41,738 nucleotides of DNA from contig MCFE01000729.1 in assembly GCA_002104905.1 (NCBI GenBank), positions 1 through 41,738 of the forward strand, read 5' to 3'. How positions within the stretch are numbered: the first letter of the stretch is position 1; each line of letters opens with the position of its first letter. A program made the translations under genes and the position numbers. Under the pieces are notes generated by a model. That model was not told the origin of the DNA and made no database searches. It saw only the letters and a program-made list of their open reading frames with translations. Shown one piece after another: positions 12,390 through 23,957 of the stretch. Origin of the DNA: Basidiobolus meristosporus CBS 931.73 (lineage: Eukaryota > Fungi > Basidiobolomycota).

Positions 12390-12730
12390 AAGTATTTCTT
12401 GGCTACTTTGAAAGAGTGCCTCTGGTATTTTACTCTGATTTCTCCTTGCTGAATGCTGCAATGGTGCTTCCATTTTTGCCTACTTGTCCCTTACTTCTAC
12501 TCTCCTGGCAGCCTAACATTTCTTTGCTGCTTGCTTGGAACTATCAGCCCTGCTTGTGACAGCCTCCTGAGCAAGCCACTGGCTTTATAATAGCCATATC
12601 CTTCACTGCTATTGTGACTGAGTGTTGCTTGTATTGTATATTGCTTTCTTCTTGTTGTAAGCTGCACTGGTGCATCCATTTTTATCTGCTTGTCACTGAC
12701 TGAAACTCTCCTGGCAACCAGAAATATCAT
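12390..12730 (-). pseudogene. Orphan ORF relic with two ~206 bp coding-like repeats, homologous to 38660-39000
   Basis: Units VARRVSVSDKQIKMDAPVQ and (after a frameshift) AKKC*AARRVEVRDK*AKMEAPLQH. Anchor CTCTCCTGGCA recurs at 12500 and 12706. Confidence 0.6.
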
Positions 12731-13149
12731 TACCGCTTGTTTAAAACTTTGAGCCCTGCAATATTGATTGCTCTGTATTTTTTATCCCCATATTCTGCCA
12801 CATATACATAGGTATATGGTGCCATGACTTTATTTATAATGCTTACTATGGCAGGTAATCATTGAATCTTACATTCATTTAGGTACAATGTCTAAATACA
12901 AGACTGTCTTAAATTTACATCAATTTTGACAAAAAGTGATATAGTAATGTTACGTTGCTGAGCGTCAAGTTGTTTGCCCCATAGAGAAGACTACTTTGAT
13001 TCAACCCTGTAAGAGAAGAGAAAAGCAGCCATGCAGCTATTGAAACATGCCTCTCAGCCTGAAAACACACCAACAGAGTTGCAAGTATTACAACAATCAC
13101 AGACAATGTTTTGCTACAAAAGCCATATTTGACCATTTGTTGGTCACTG

Positions 13150-14427
13150 TGTTATGATCTACCTCTTGAATGTTTAAGTTAGATCAGTTTTTAGTAAAAT
13201 CCATTAGTTAAATGTTTATCCTATCAGTGTTATCTATCAAATCAGTAACATTAATCAGCAGATGAATCAGCACATCCTTTTAGGAATAGACATATTAATC
13301 AGGATCTTATTGCGTGATGATGATGCAATCAAATGAGCCATCAGCCACAACCTACATTAGGCAATACAATTAGCCAGCAATTGATCTGACAAAAATGTAT
13401 ATAAGGAGCTGCTGGAACCTCAATAAAAATCAATTCAAGTTTTAGTGAATACATTACTATCCAAACTCCTTATTCCTCTACAACTCCTATGTCTAGACTT
13501 GTAATATTGGTAGCAGCAATAACCAGAGACCTCCCCCCTAAATAAAGAAGAAGCCTCCCTCAAGATGTCCAAAAATCAAGAATGGATGAATGCTATGCAG
13601 CAAATCCTGGCCCAACAGCAACAGTCACTCCAGTTCCTTAGCCAGCAGCAACAAGGAATGACTGCCATGGCCCAGAGCCAGCAAAACCCAGTCAAGAACA
13701 ACTTTGGTTTGAAGGTCAACCAGTACCATGGTAGAGTCAATGATAACCTGGGAACTTGGCTCTCCCCAATTGAAGAAGCTTTCAAGGCTAAGGGAATTGC
13801 TTCAGAGAACAAGTTACATTATGCAGCCTCTTACCTTGCAGATGCAGCTTTACAGTGGTACCACAACAAGATCAGGTCAGCCACCATGGTGGGATGCTCT
13901 ACAATCTCTACCTGGGATGACTTTGTGTTGGAAATTCAGTATGCTTTTGAAGTTCCACACCAGCAGACACTACTAAGAAGAAAGTTGAAGACACTTGGAC
14001 ACAAAGGAATGGTTCAAGAGTACATCTATGAATATAGATATCTACTTGAATAAATTGAAAGAATGGACCCCCTGAATCAAGTTGAATATTTTATTGCTGG
14101 GTTAAAAGAAAGAACTTGCAAGGAAGTGAATTATCAAAGACCCCAGACTATTGAGGATGCTATCAAGATTGCCCTTGACTATGACTCAGCTATGTTTGTA
14201 GTTGGGAAGTCCACAATGACTAACCAGAGACACTACAATCATTATAAAAGTAGACCATCAGAAGCAGTGCCAATGGGAATAGATGCTATACAGAAGAATC
14301 CTACCTCAGAAGAGTGCAAGTAGAAAGGGCCTTGCTTCAATTGCCACTAGCAGGGACATATTGCAAAGTACTGCCCTTGGAGAAGAAATGGACATCAGCC
14401 ATCAAGAGCCTTCTACCATAATGAAGG
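13150..14427 (+). mobile_element. gag: Truncated Ty3/gypsy G2 (LTR 13150-13506, PBS, gag); sister of G1
   Basis: LTR aligns with the G1 LTR core. Gag MSKNQEWMNAMQQILAQQQQ is near-identical to G1 gag and runs to the zinc knuckle and GHQPS, where homology stops. Confidence 0.9.
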
Positions 14428-15302
14428 CTTGCAAAGATGCTGTCAAAACACTGTCATGTTTTTTGCCATGTAAGGCAATTAGATGTACTGGCTTGCTAGA
14501 TCAATTTAAAACAGTTGTAGAGTACACTAGGACTGCAACAATGCCATGCAATTATTGTCGTAGCACCTATCAACCCTTGTCAAGTTTTATAACTTTATTT
14601 GGTGGCAAAATTAGCAAAATGCTGTTGTGATTCTATTATAAAATTGTTGAGAGGGTCACTAATTACAAGCTGCTGTTATTATGTTGGTCTACCAACAGGA
14701 TCCTGACAGCTAATCTGGATCAGATCCACCGCAGAGTAGTGGGGGCAGAGTGACACCCACAGGCAGATGTGCTCATTCTCATACATTCACTTCCCTAAAG
14801 GGAATAACCCCCCCTATATTAGTATCATCCCAAATCGCAATATTTTCTATATGTCTATTTGATTATTACTATGTGACCAGGCAAACTACTTGTCACTATT
14901 AAACCATTGCACAAGCTATTCCTATTCCTTGCCAAGATGCCAAGATAAGATAGTTACCATATAAGGCAAGCACTCCCAACTACACCAATGTCATGTGACC
15001 ATCCTTGTTTCATAACCATCCTATCCTATTACCATATGAGGTAACTACATGACAGGGAGGTTTCATATTATCACTATCTGATTGGCCAGGTACTTCAATG
15101 TCCCATAGAACAATTTGCCAAGAATTTGAGCTATTTTTAGTACACAATGACATGAATGGCTCTCTACTACCTTCTGAAAACTTCCAGAAAGCATTTTCTA
15201 GCAAGAATTCAAGCAGCAAAAAAGTATATAAGGGAGGCTTTCCCTTACAAATAAATCATCCCTCCTCCAATATTCCAACTTATTGATTAGTGGGATCACC
15301 GC

Positions 15303-16366
15303 TGTGGTGGTGTATAGGTCCAAGGGAGAGATATGTCCAACACTTCTCAAGTGTTTTGTGTGTGGGGTGTTCACTGGGTGCAATAACCTCTGACAAAAGC
15401 TTGCTAGGAATACTTGGGTTCTGTCTCTAATCTAATGTGAAGGGGAATAAAGCCACAAGCTTGTAAAGGGAACTCTATTGGGCTACAATCCCCAACTTAG
15501 TTGGCATCTTAACAAAAGTATGTGCTGGGTTCAGCATCTTTTGAGATGACAATGTACCAAAGCTTCCAAAGTCAAAACAACTGTAAACTCCACTAGCAGG
15601 GACTTGATAAGAATGCAGCTGTGGTCAATAGTTGCAAAGACATAAAAGTATCTTTGCCTGTACAAGAACAAACTCAGGAAAGAATCAAATATAATAAAAG
15701 ATACCTACTCTGAGTATTCCTCAAAAGTAGTGCCTCCAAAGTCAGTTGGCTGTCAGCATGGTTTCCTGCAAGTGTCCTGTGGTTAGAAGTTCAGGTAGCA
15801 GCAGGTAGCAGTGATCACACTAATCAACAAGTTAGTATATTGATAAAAGGGATGATGATTTATTGTTGAGGGATAGCCTCCCTTATACACTTTTCTTAGT
15901 GGCTAAGTGATTACTAGTCATGGTGTTCCAGAGGGTTCCAGATATCAGTAGAAATCTTAATGACATCAGAATGACCTAAGAATGTTCTAAGTAGGTGCCA
16001 GAAGATTCTAAGAGGCACAGCACATCCAACCAATCAGGAATCAGTATTCTCAGACCTGTGCAATATAGGGATGCCATATATGGTATGGAAATGGTAGAGA
16101 TGGTGACACGGGTTGACCATGTGTTACAGGTACTGGTGCAGGTACTTGCCTAATTTAGAAGCACTGATAGCTAGTACTCTTACATAAAGTGAGGGGTAAC
16201 TTATGCAATAAGGTAAGCAGGTGTGATAGCGGGCCGGCTTATGGGATAATGCTGATCAGGTAAGACAAATGGGATAAAACTAAAATAAGTGTAGTAGAGA
16301 TATAGGAAAGTAGAAAATATGGGAATGAGTACATCTGTCAGTGGGTGTCACTGTCACCCCACTACA
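15303..16366 (-). repeat. Solo LTR (1064 bp) of the G3 family, inserted antisense in the G3 5' LTR
   Basis: Minus-strand TGTAGTGG..CACCACCACA termini. 4 bp duplication CCGC/CTGC. Homologous to the G3 LTRs. Confidence 0.9.
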
Positions 16367-17702
16367 CTGCTACCTATTACCGCTACTTCCTGACTCAGAC
16401 CTGACAATACTCCCAGGAAACCATGCTGATTGCCAACTGATCTTGGAGGCAGTACTTGCAAAGGAATACTCAGAGTAGGCATACTTTATTATATTTGATT
16501 TTTTTCCCAAGCTTGTTCTTGTACAGGCAAAGATATTTTCAGTATTTGTAACTATTGGTCAAAGCTGCACTCTTATCAAGTCCCTGTTGGTGGAGTTTAC
16601 AGTTGTTTTTGTTGTAAAAATTTGTATTTCCACCTAAATATGCACCTAACTTAGTCACTTGGATCATTACCCTCAAATTCTGGAGAATACTGACCAAATT
16701 CCTTGTCAGGATTTACTTATAATATTTTCACCAAAATGCCAGGTACCCAGAACATGAAAATTCTCAAAGTTGTTCAAACAGCCCCAAACTTTGCACACAT
16801 GCTCTTGGGACCTTCCTTGACCTATTCTATGTGTTTTTTATGCCAAGACTAGGTAAATTTATGAATACTACTTTTACATTCAATAAATCATTAAGTAAGC
16901 ACTACATAATCTACTTATTCTCCCAATCACTTGCATTATCTCCAAGACTCTTACAGCAGGTTATGAGCCCCAAGCTGTCACTCTCTGCAATGTCTACTAC
17001 TGCTATTACTGGAATTCTTCCCTCTGCTGAAAAGTTGAATGGATCCAACTACCAAGTGTGGAAGGTGAAGATGAAGATGCTGCTGCAAGAAAGAGGCCTT
17101 TGGGATATTGTCATGGGAGAAGAATGCCCTCCTAAAAACTTAGGAGAGGAAGCCTTAAAGTACCAAAAGAAAGAACAAAGCTCCTTTAACTGCATTTGCC
17201 TTCATGTTAAGGACAAATTGCTAATTCTATGCTCAAGAGCAAAAACAGCAAAGAATGCCTGGAATGCATTAGAAGACTCCTACCAGTCATGTTCAGCTGC
17301 TAAGAAAATGTATCTCAGACAAAAATTCTTTACTACAAAGATGCTGCCAGGAGAAGAAATGAAAAATCTAATTAACAGAATTACCCTGCTGGTAGATGAA
17401 ATTGAATCTGTGGGTGTACCAACTACTGATGAGGATGTGATAGTTACCATCCTGAATAGCCTGATAGACAAGTTTCAGGGCCTTGTATCAGCCCTAGAGT
17501 CCTAAACTGAAGATTTGACCTTAAATTACGTGTATGGAAGGCTCCTGGATGAAGAATTAAGAAAATCAAGTGCCAATAAGAAGGAAGAAGAAATGCTTTA
17601 ATAAGCAGTGATAACCAACAAAGGAGGTATCAAAGACCCTACAAAGGCAACAGCAACCTGTTTTGCAACTTCTGCAAAAGGAAAGGACACTCATCAGACT
17701 GG

Positions 17703-18487
17703 TGTGGTGGTGTAGAGGTACTCCTGGGAGAAGCTACACAACTCAAGGTGTGTGAGGTGTCTGATGGGTGCAATAACCTCTGTGTCTAAACTGCTGGTGT
17801 CTTTGTCAATATGTCACTCTGGTAAAAGCTCCTGCTTCTCTAGCTTCCTAGGTGCTCCAAGTGTCTCCAAAGACCTCTGTGTGTCTTGTGCACTACCCTG
17901 AAAAGCTCCTCGATGGCAGGTCTGAGATGTACTGTTGAAGGCAGGTGCAGTGATCAACTGCTAATCAATAAGGTAGAAGTGTTACTGATAGAAGGGATGA
18001 TTTATTGATGAGGGATTGCTTTCCCTTAAATAAATCTCCTGATTGCCAAGTGATTACTAATGACAAGGTTCTAGAGGGTTCTAGGCATCAGTGGATTTCT
18101 TGATGACATCACTATGAGCTAGAAATATGCCAAGAATGTCCTGGAAGGTTCTAAAAGGCAGAGTACATTCAGCTAATCAAGGATCAGTAGTCTGAAACCT
18201 GTGCAACATGGAAATACCATAAATGGTATTCAAATGGTAGGGATGGTAACGCAGACCTAGGTCATGTGGGTACTTGCCTTATGTAGTTACATATACTGAC
18301 CATAAAGCGGAATAACATCTGTGATAACTAATGCTAATAACTAATTAGGGTAAAATCATATGGGGATAATACTGATAATATGAGCAAAAGAAGAATAGGA
18401 TAATACTGATAAGATAAATACGGATAAGTATATCATAATGGCTATATGAATAAACTTGTCTATGGGAGGTATGTTTTCCCTACCACA
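17703..18487 (-). repeat. Solo LTR (785 bp), diverged relative of the G3 LTR family, inside the C1 zinc knuckle
   Basis: TG..CA termini and 4 bp duplication CTGG (17699-17702, 18488-18491). Removing it restores CKRKGHSSDWCLKK. Shares blocks such as GGGTGCAATAACCTCTG and GGGATGATTTATTG with 15303-16366. Confidence 0.9.
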
Positions 18488-18631
18488 CTGGTGTCTCAAA
18501 AAGAAAGATGGTGAGCAGAAAAAGCCTGAATATGGAAATGCTGCAACAACTGAAGAAAGACTATTCATATCTGCACTAAATATGACCACAAACAAGGATT
18601 CTCAGACATGGTATATTGACTCTGGAGCATC

Positions 18632-19799
18632 TGTGGTAATGGAAAGTATTCCATTATTACAATATCTCTAAACCAATATTGCACTCATTTCTTTATTTTG
18701 CTTTTTGCTATTGTAACACACAAGTGAAAGATCAGGAATTTCCAACTTTGAAGAACAAATGCTCCAGACCCTGACAGGCAATCCACCCAAGAGTACTATG
18801 TCATACAGAACATGTAGTAGCCAACACATGTTTCAAATTACAGCTCATTTGAAGCAGTACTTAAGGAGTTATGACCAAAAGAGTCCAATTATTATATATA
18901 CTAGGCCTTATTGCTAGGATTACTATGGTGACTTTGATTGCATGCCACTTTTAAACCAGCCAATCAAATCACGTGATATTTTCACAGGTACTGCACCTAT
19001 ATCCAATCTGCACCACTGCAAGATTTTAGCTATGTATTACGTTTATTGCTTGCAAATCGCCCAAAAACTTTGATCCTTCAAAATTTTCATATATATGACT
19101 TCCCCAGCTGAAAAATAAAGGGAGAGCCTCTCTTTCCAGAATCTCCACACTACAATTACAAGTCTAAAGGTTATAAGACTTCCCCTGCATCACTTGCACT
19201 GTTGAGTATTCTGACTTTGATCAGTACTACATCAGTAAAGAGACTGCAAAGCTCACAAGATTCCAATCCAAGTACTACAAGAAACTACCACTTTTCTGTC
19301 AGAAAAGTCCCCTCCAAGAAACCCCTTTACTCTAAAGAAGCCCCTTTAGGCACCCCTTTAGTGTAAATTCCACTTTATAGACCACTACAAGAAGTCCCTT
19401 TACTCTAAAGACACCCCTTTAGACACCCCTTTGGGTCTAAAGACCCCTTTAGAGACTTCTACAACACACCCCTTTAGGTTAAAGGGGAGCTCAGAATATC
19501 CATATTAGGAAATATTTTCTCTGAAAGGAAGGTGACTTTCAAATAAGTAAAAGTTACTATAAAAGTAAATATGCCCATTAGTCAACAGAAGGTCAGAACA
19601 CTGCAGTAGAAGTGATAAACACTGCCTACAGTATATTTTGAGCCTAAGATTGAGGAAATTAGTGAAAGTTATATCTTCTATTGGTATATCAAACTCCCAA
19701 TAACTATTTCAGTATTAGCATACTGGAAGTTGTTGTATATTGTTGATTAGCCTCTACATTGTAGAACAACCCTCAAACTAATCATTATACAACACAACA
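18632..19799 (+). repeat. Solo LTR (1168 bp) of another family, inside the C1 protease motif
   Basis: TGTGGTA..CACAACA termini and 4 bp duplication CATC (18628-18631, 19800-19803). Removal restores IDSGASQHF. TATATAT and AATAAA lie near 19090-19120. Orientation is inferred from those signals. Confidence 0.85.
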
Positions 19800-20466
19800 C
19801 ATCTCAACACTTTACACACCAAAAAGAGCTTTTTACCAAATATCAAGAAATTCCAATCAAGAAGGTTTTCATGGGTTACAATAGAACATTTGATGCAGTT
19901 GGAGAAGGAACTATCCAAGTAAACCCAAGAAGCCGTGAAGGAAGCCATATACTGACTTTCAAAGAAGTACTCTATGTACCAGAAATAGCAAAATGATGCC
20001 CATATTGCTTTGCGTATCAGAGATCAGAATCTTTACAAGTTGACTTATATTCCATCATATTTGGAAGCCAATATAAGTAACTTGAATGAAAAAACACCAA
20101 TACTTTGGCACAGGAGATTTGGGCACATCAATTTTGATTATTTGTGCAAAATGATGAAAGATCAGCTTATTTCTGGAGTAAAAATTGATCCCCCAGCTAA
20201 TTTGGAGCACTGTGAAGCCTGCAAATATGGGAAACAAGCCAGACAACCATTCAAGAGCTCTGGCTTGATCAAAACTAAGAAAAAATTAGATCTAATCCAC
20301 TCAGATCTGTGTGGACCTATGCAAAATTTATCCTTAGGCAGGATGTAATATTTAATCACCTTTATTGATGATTATACCAGATACACATGGGTCTACTTCA
20401 TGGAGAGAAAGGAAGAAGCTCTGTCTAAGTTCAGGCAGTTTAAAGCCATGGTGGAGAGAGAAACAG

Positions 20467-23400
20467 TTGAGGTCCCTACTCAGTTTTGCCAGTATGACCC
20501 TAACAGCAACAATTATGGGAAGTACAAAGCTGATACACATGCTACTAAAAGACACCTCCCTGAAGAACCTGCAAAGCCCATCCTTAGACAACCACAATTT
20601 GAAAAGCCTGAGGTTATCATTAACAAGAGGCCTGGTATACTGCCCACCCAAGATCCATTGCCTCACTTTCAGATGACCTCAAAGATAGCAAGCTACTCAA
20701 GCCCTCTACGGATTACTGAGAAGCTGCTGAAGCAGAACCTCACTTTGTTGGTTGGAGAAATCATGAATGTATCACCATCTGTTGGGAAGACCTTTGATGA
20801 GCATCTTAGAATAAGACAACAAGCTGTTGACCATATGGACACCCATATAATTCAGACAAACCATGAAGACCACCAAAAGGATGACAACACTACTGAATAT
20901 AAAGCCTTTTACTCAGTTGCAATGCTGTGGTGAAGGGGTATATATTAAAGATGACCCTGTTGACTGCCATATTGACAGTAGTTCAGAGATTTGTGTTATG
21001 CAACTAGACTTCTGGAAGACACTTAGAAGCAGGGAGCTACTGCGTGTTGATAAAGATATTGGATGGAACATGACTGATGCAAACTCAGGATCTAGTCCAC
21101 TCTATGGTGTAGTGCACAAGTTCCATATTGAGGTACCAGGAGTCAAGGTCTGGCTTCCCCTCTTTATCTGCCAGAAGGCAAACTTTGACCTTCTGTTAGG
21201 ATGACTATGGGAGACTAGTACCAAGGCTACAACTACCAATTATTCTGATGGGTCAGTGTGGTACATTATACAAGGATCATACCCAGGACTACAGTCAACA
21301 TTCTGTGGTGTAACACCCAACAATGAGAGGTCACATACTGCTTGCCAGAAGATACATCTTGTTATAGAAGAAAATGAGGAGCCTAACAATATACACCCCA
21401 ACATTTGTAGCTGCTCATTAGGTATACAGGAGCAGATGGCAATGGTTTGAACAAAATACAAGACAGTAGAACAGTTGATTAGGCCACCACTTACACCTTT
21501 GACTGATGGATCTTGACCTGTTGATTACATCAGTCCACCAGAAGAAGCACCAGAAGATATATAACTTACACCTGAGAGACCTAAGCAACTTATCATGAGC
21601 AATGGAAATCTAACACCAGATGAGATCTTATTATTTAAAGAAACCCTGAAAAGACATGATAAGGTTTTCTCATATAAATGACAAGGAGATGGGGCTCTTA
21701 AAGACATTGGTTGAAAAACCTATCAAGATTCATACAGTGCCCCACACACCCTGGTCATTTAAGCCTTACCCAGTGGACTCCAAGCTGATTTGCATGAAGA
21801 TTGGTGTTGGTATCCTAGAGCCTTGCCATGGACCTTATGCTAAAAGATGGTTTGTGACTAAAAAAAAGAATGGAAAGCTCTGATTCATTCAAGACATGCA
21901 ACCTGCAAATGCTGTCGCTATCAGAGATGCTGCAATACCTCTATCTATTGATGACTTTGCAGAGAGCAATAGTGGTCACTCCATCTGCTCAACATACAAT
22001 CTCTACTCAAGATATGATCAGATCCCCCTAGATGAGACATCAAGAGATATGCTTGCACTCCAGACACCATTTGGACTGCTAAGAATGACAAGACTCAGCC
22101 AAGGGGCTACAAACTCCATGGCTCAGTTCCAGAGATGCATGGTGAATGTGCAGTATCAGTTTATACCTGAGAAACCTGCTGTCTTTGTTGATGACATAGG
22201 CATCAAAGGACCAAAATTCTGGGACACCACTGAAGTTATGCCTGGAGTAAGAAAGTTTGTCTATGACTATATTTCAGACAATGATGCCATATTGGGAGCC
22301 ATTGAAGAAGCTGGACTCACCATCATTGGTGAGAAAAGCAGCTCTGGTTTGTCAGTGAAATTCATTGTTGGACAAAAATGCAACACCTCTGGTTGTTCTC
22401 CTGGAGACTCCAAGACGCAAAAAATATGCAACTGGCCTACCCCCACAAATCTAACACAAACTCATGACTCTATGGCAGCTTGTGGGTTCTTTAGGATCTG
22501 GATACCAGGATATTCTGAGATAGCAGAACCAATTTACCAACTACTGAGAAAAAATACTCCATTTATCTGGGGAGAAGAGCAAGAAGAAGCCATGCAATTA
22601 CTAAAAGAGGCCTTAGTATCTCCACTGGTTCTAAGACCTCATGACTATCAGAATACTGAATGCCCACATATTTTGACAGTGGATCCAAGCCCTATATGAG
22701 CTGGAGCACTACTTGGCCAAGAGGATGAAGATGGCAACTGCTAGGACTGCAGATATGAGAGCTGCGTATTTTCTCCTAGAGATCAAAGATACTCATAGTT
22801 CAAGAGAGAGCTACTAGGAGTTGTGAAGATGCTGAGGAAGCTGAAGTCACAACTCTACATGACACATTTCATACTGGAGACAGATGCTAAGCCACTTATA
22901 GGAATGATAGACAAGCCTGACCTACCGGATGATGCCACAAGCCAATGGATGGCATGGCTGAAAATGTTAGACTTTGAGGTTAGACATATCCCTGGCAAGA
23001 CAAATGTTGTGGCTGATGCACTCTCTAGGAAGGGACCACAATTATCTGAAGATATGAACCCTGACTTTGATGACATAATTGATGCAGAAATCCAACAAAT
23101 ACACCTGAAGAAGCCCAGCAACCCTACATGGAATATCCTCCAAGACTATCTGAAAACCTTAGAGAAGCCACCAGGAATGAGCCTACAGGATTTCAGAAAG
23201 CTTAGGAAGAAGGCCCATCTTTTCTAAGTAAAGGATGGCCTCCTCTTCAAATGAGTAAAGCCTGGACAGACACCAAGGTGAGTTATAGTCAAGCCCCAGG
23301 AACAATGGACTATTATGTCAAGCCTTCAAGAAGGAAGCCCTGGTGGTCATAGAGGAAGGGAAGCCAATTACAATACTGTTTCCAGCAGATATTACTGGGA

Positions 23401-23700
23401 GCATATATATCATGATGTCCAACACTTTGTTGAATCTTGTGACATTTGCCAAAGAAGGACAATCAAGAGATATGCGGAACAGCTCCATTCAACCTACACA
23501 CCTTGCCTATGACAGAAGGTTGGCATTGACCTGGTCCACATGCCAACTGCTGGAACCAAGAGGTACCTAGTTGTTGCCAGAGATGATCTGAGTGGATGGG
23601 TAGAAGCTTGAGCTCTGTCCTATAACAAAAGCCACACAATATGGAGATTTATTCTTGAAGATAAAATATGCAAATTTGGCTGCGTCAGCCAGTTTGTGGC
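20467..23700 (+). pseudogene. pol: G3 gag C-terminus, protease, RT, RNase H and integrase N-half
   Basis: HIDSSSEI, KRWFVTKKKNGKL*FIQDMQPAN, RLSQGATNS, FVDDIGIKG, TVDPSP, LETDAKPL, ADALSR, GHRGREA, CDICQ, KVGIDLVHMP. Confidence 0.92.
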
Positions 23701-23957
23701 TCACCAAGGAGATATGACTTCAAATTGCCAGTGTAGTTTACAGTTGTTACAGTATTGGAAGCTTTAGTACAATACTCTATCAAATGATGTTAAAGCCAGT
23801 ACCATTTAGAGTGACGCTAACATATCCAGAGTTGGGGATTGTGGCTCAATAATTGTATTCATAACAAACTAGTGGCTTGATAACCTACAAATCAGCTAGC
23901 AATATCCAGTATTCCTGAACAAGTCCAAGAGACTTCGCTGCCTCCTGCTACCATGAC

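Larger units (their letters stand above)
16610..20466 (+). mobile_element. Ty1/copia C1, 3'-truncated in integrase, with two solo LTRs inside
   Basis: LTR 16610-16958, PBS GGTTATGAGCCC 16959-16970. Gag AEKLNGSNYQVWKVKM, protease WYIDSGAS, LWHRRFGH, HSDLCGPM. Stops abruptly after KAMVERET. Confidence 0.92.

Noticed and set aside
12915-13136. env-like gene for G2
   Set aside because: It is only 73 aa, lies outside and upstream of the LTR, is on the opposite strand and has no env features.
18628-18631. CATC duplication as a deaminated CGTC site
   Set aside because: Homologous positions read GCATCT in C2 and GCTTCT in C3, giving no evidence of an ancestral CpG. It is also a different LTR family.
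19300-19490. CCCCTTTA array as a CRISPR or telomeric repeat
   Set aside because: Repeats are 8-10 bp with irregular short spacing, there are no cas genes and the context is eukaryotic. The motif is not TTAGGG or TTTAGGG on either strand.
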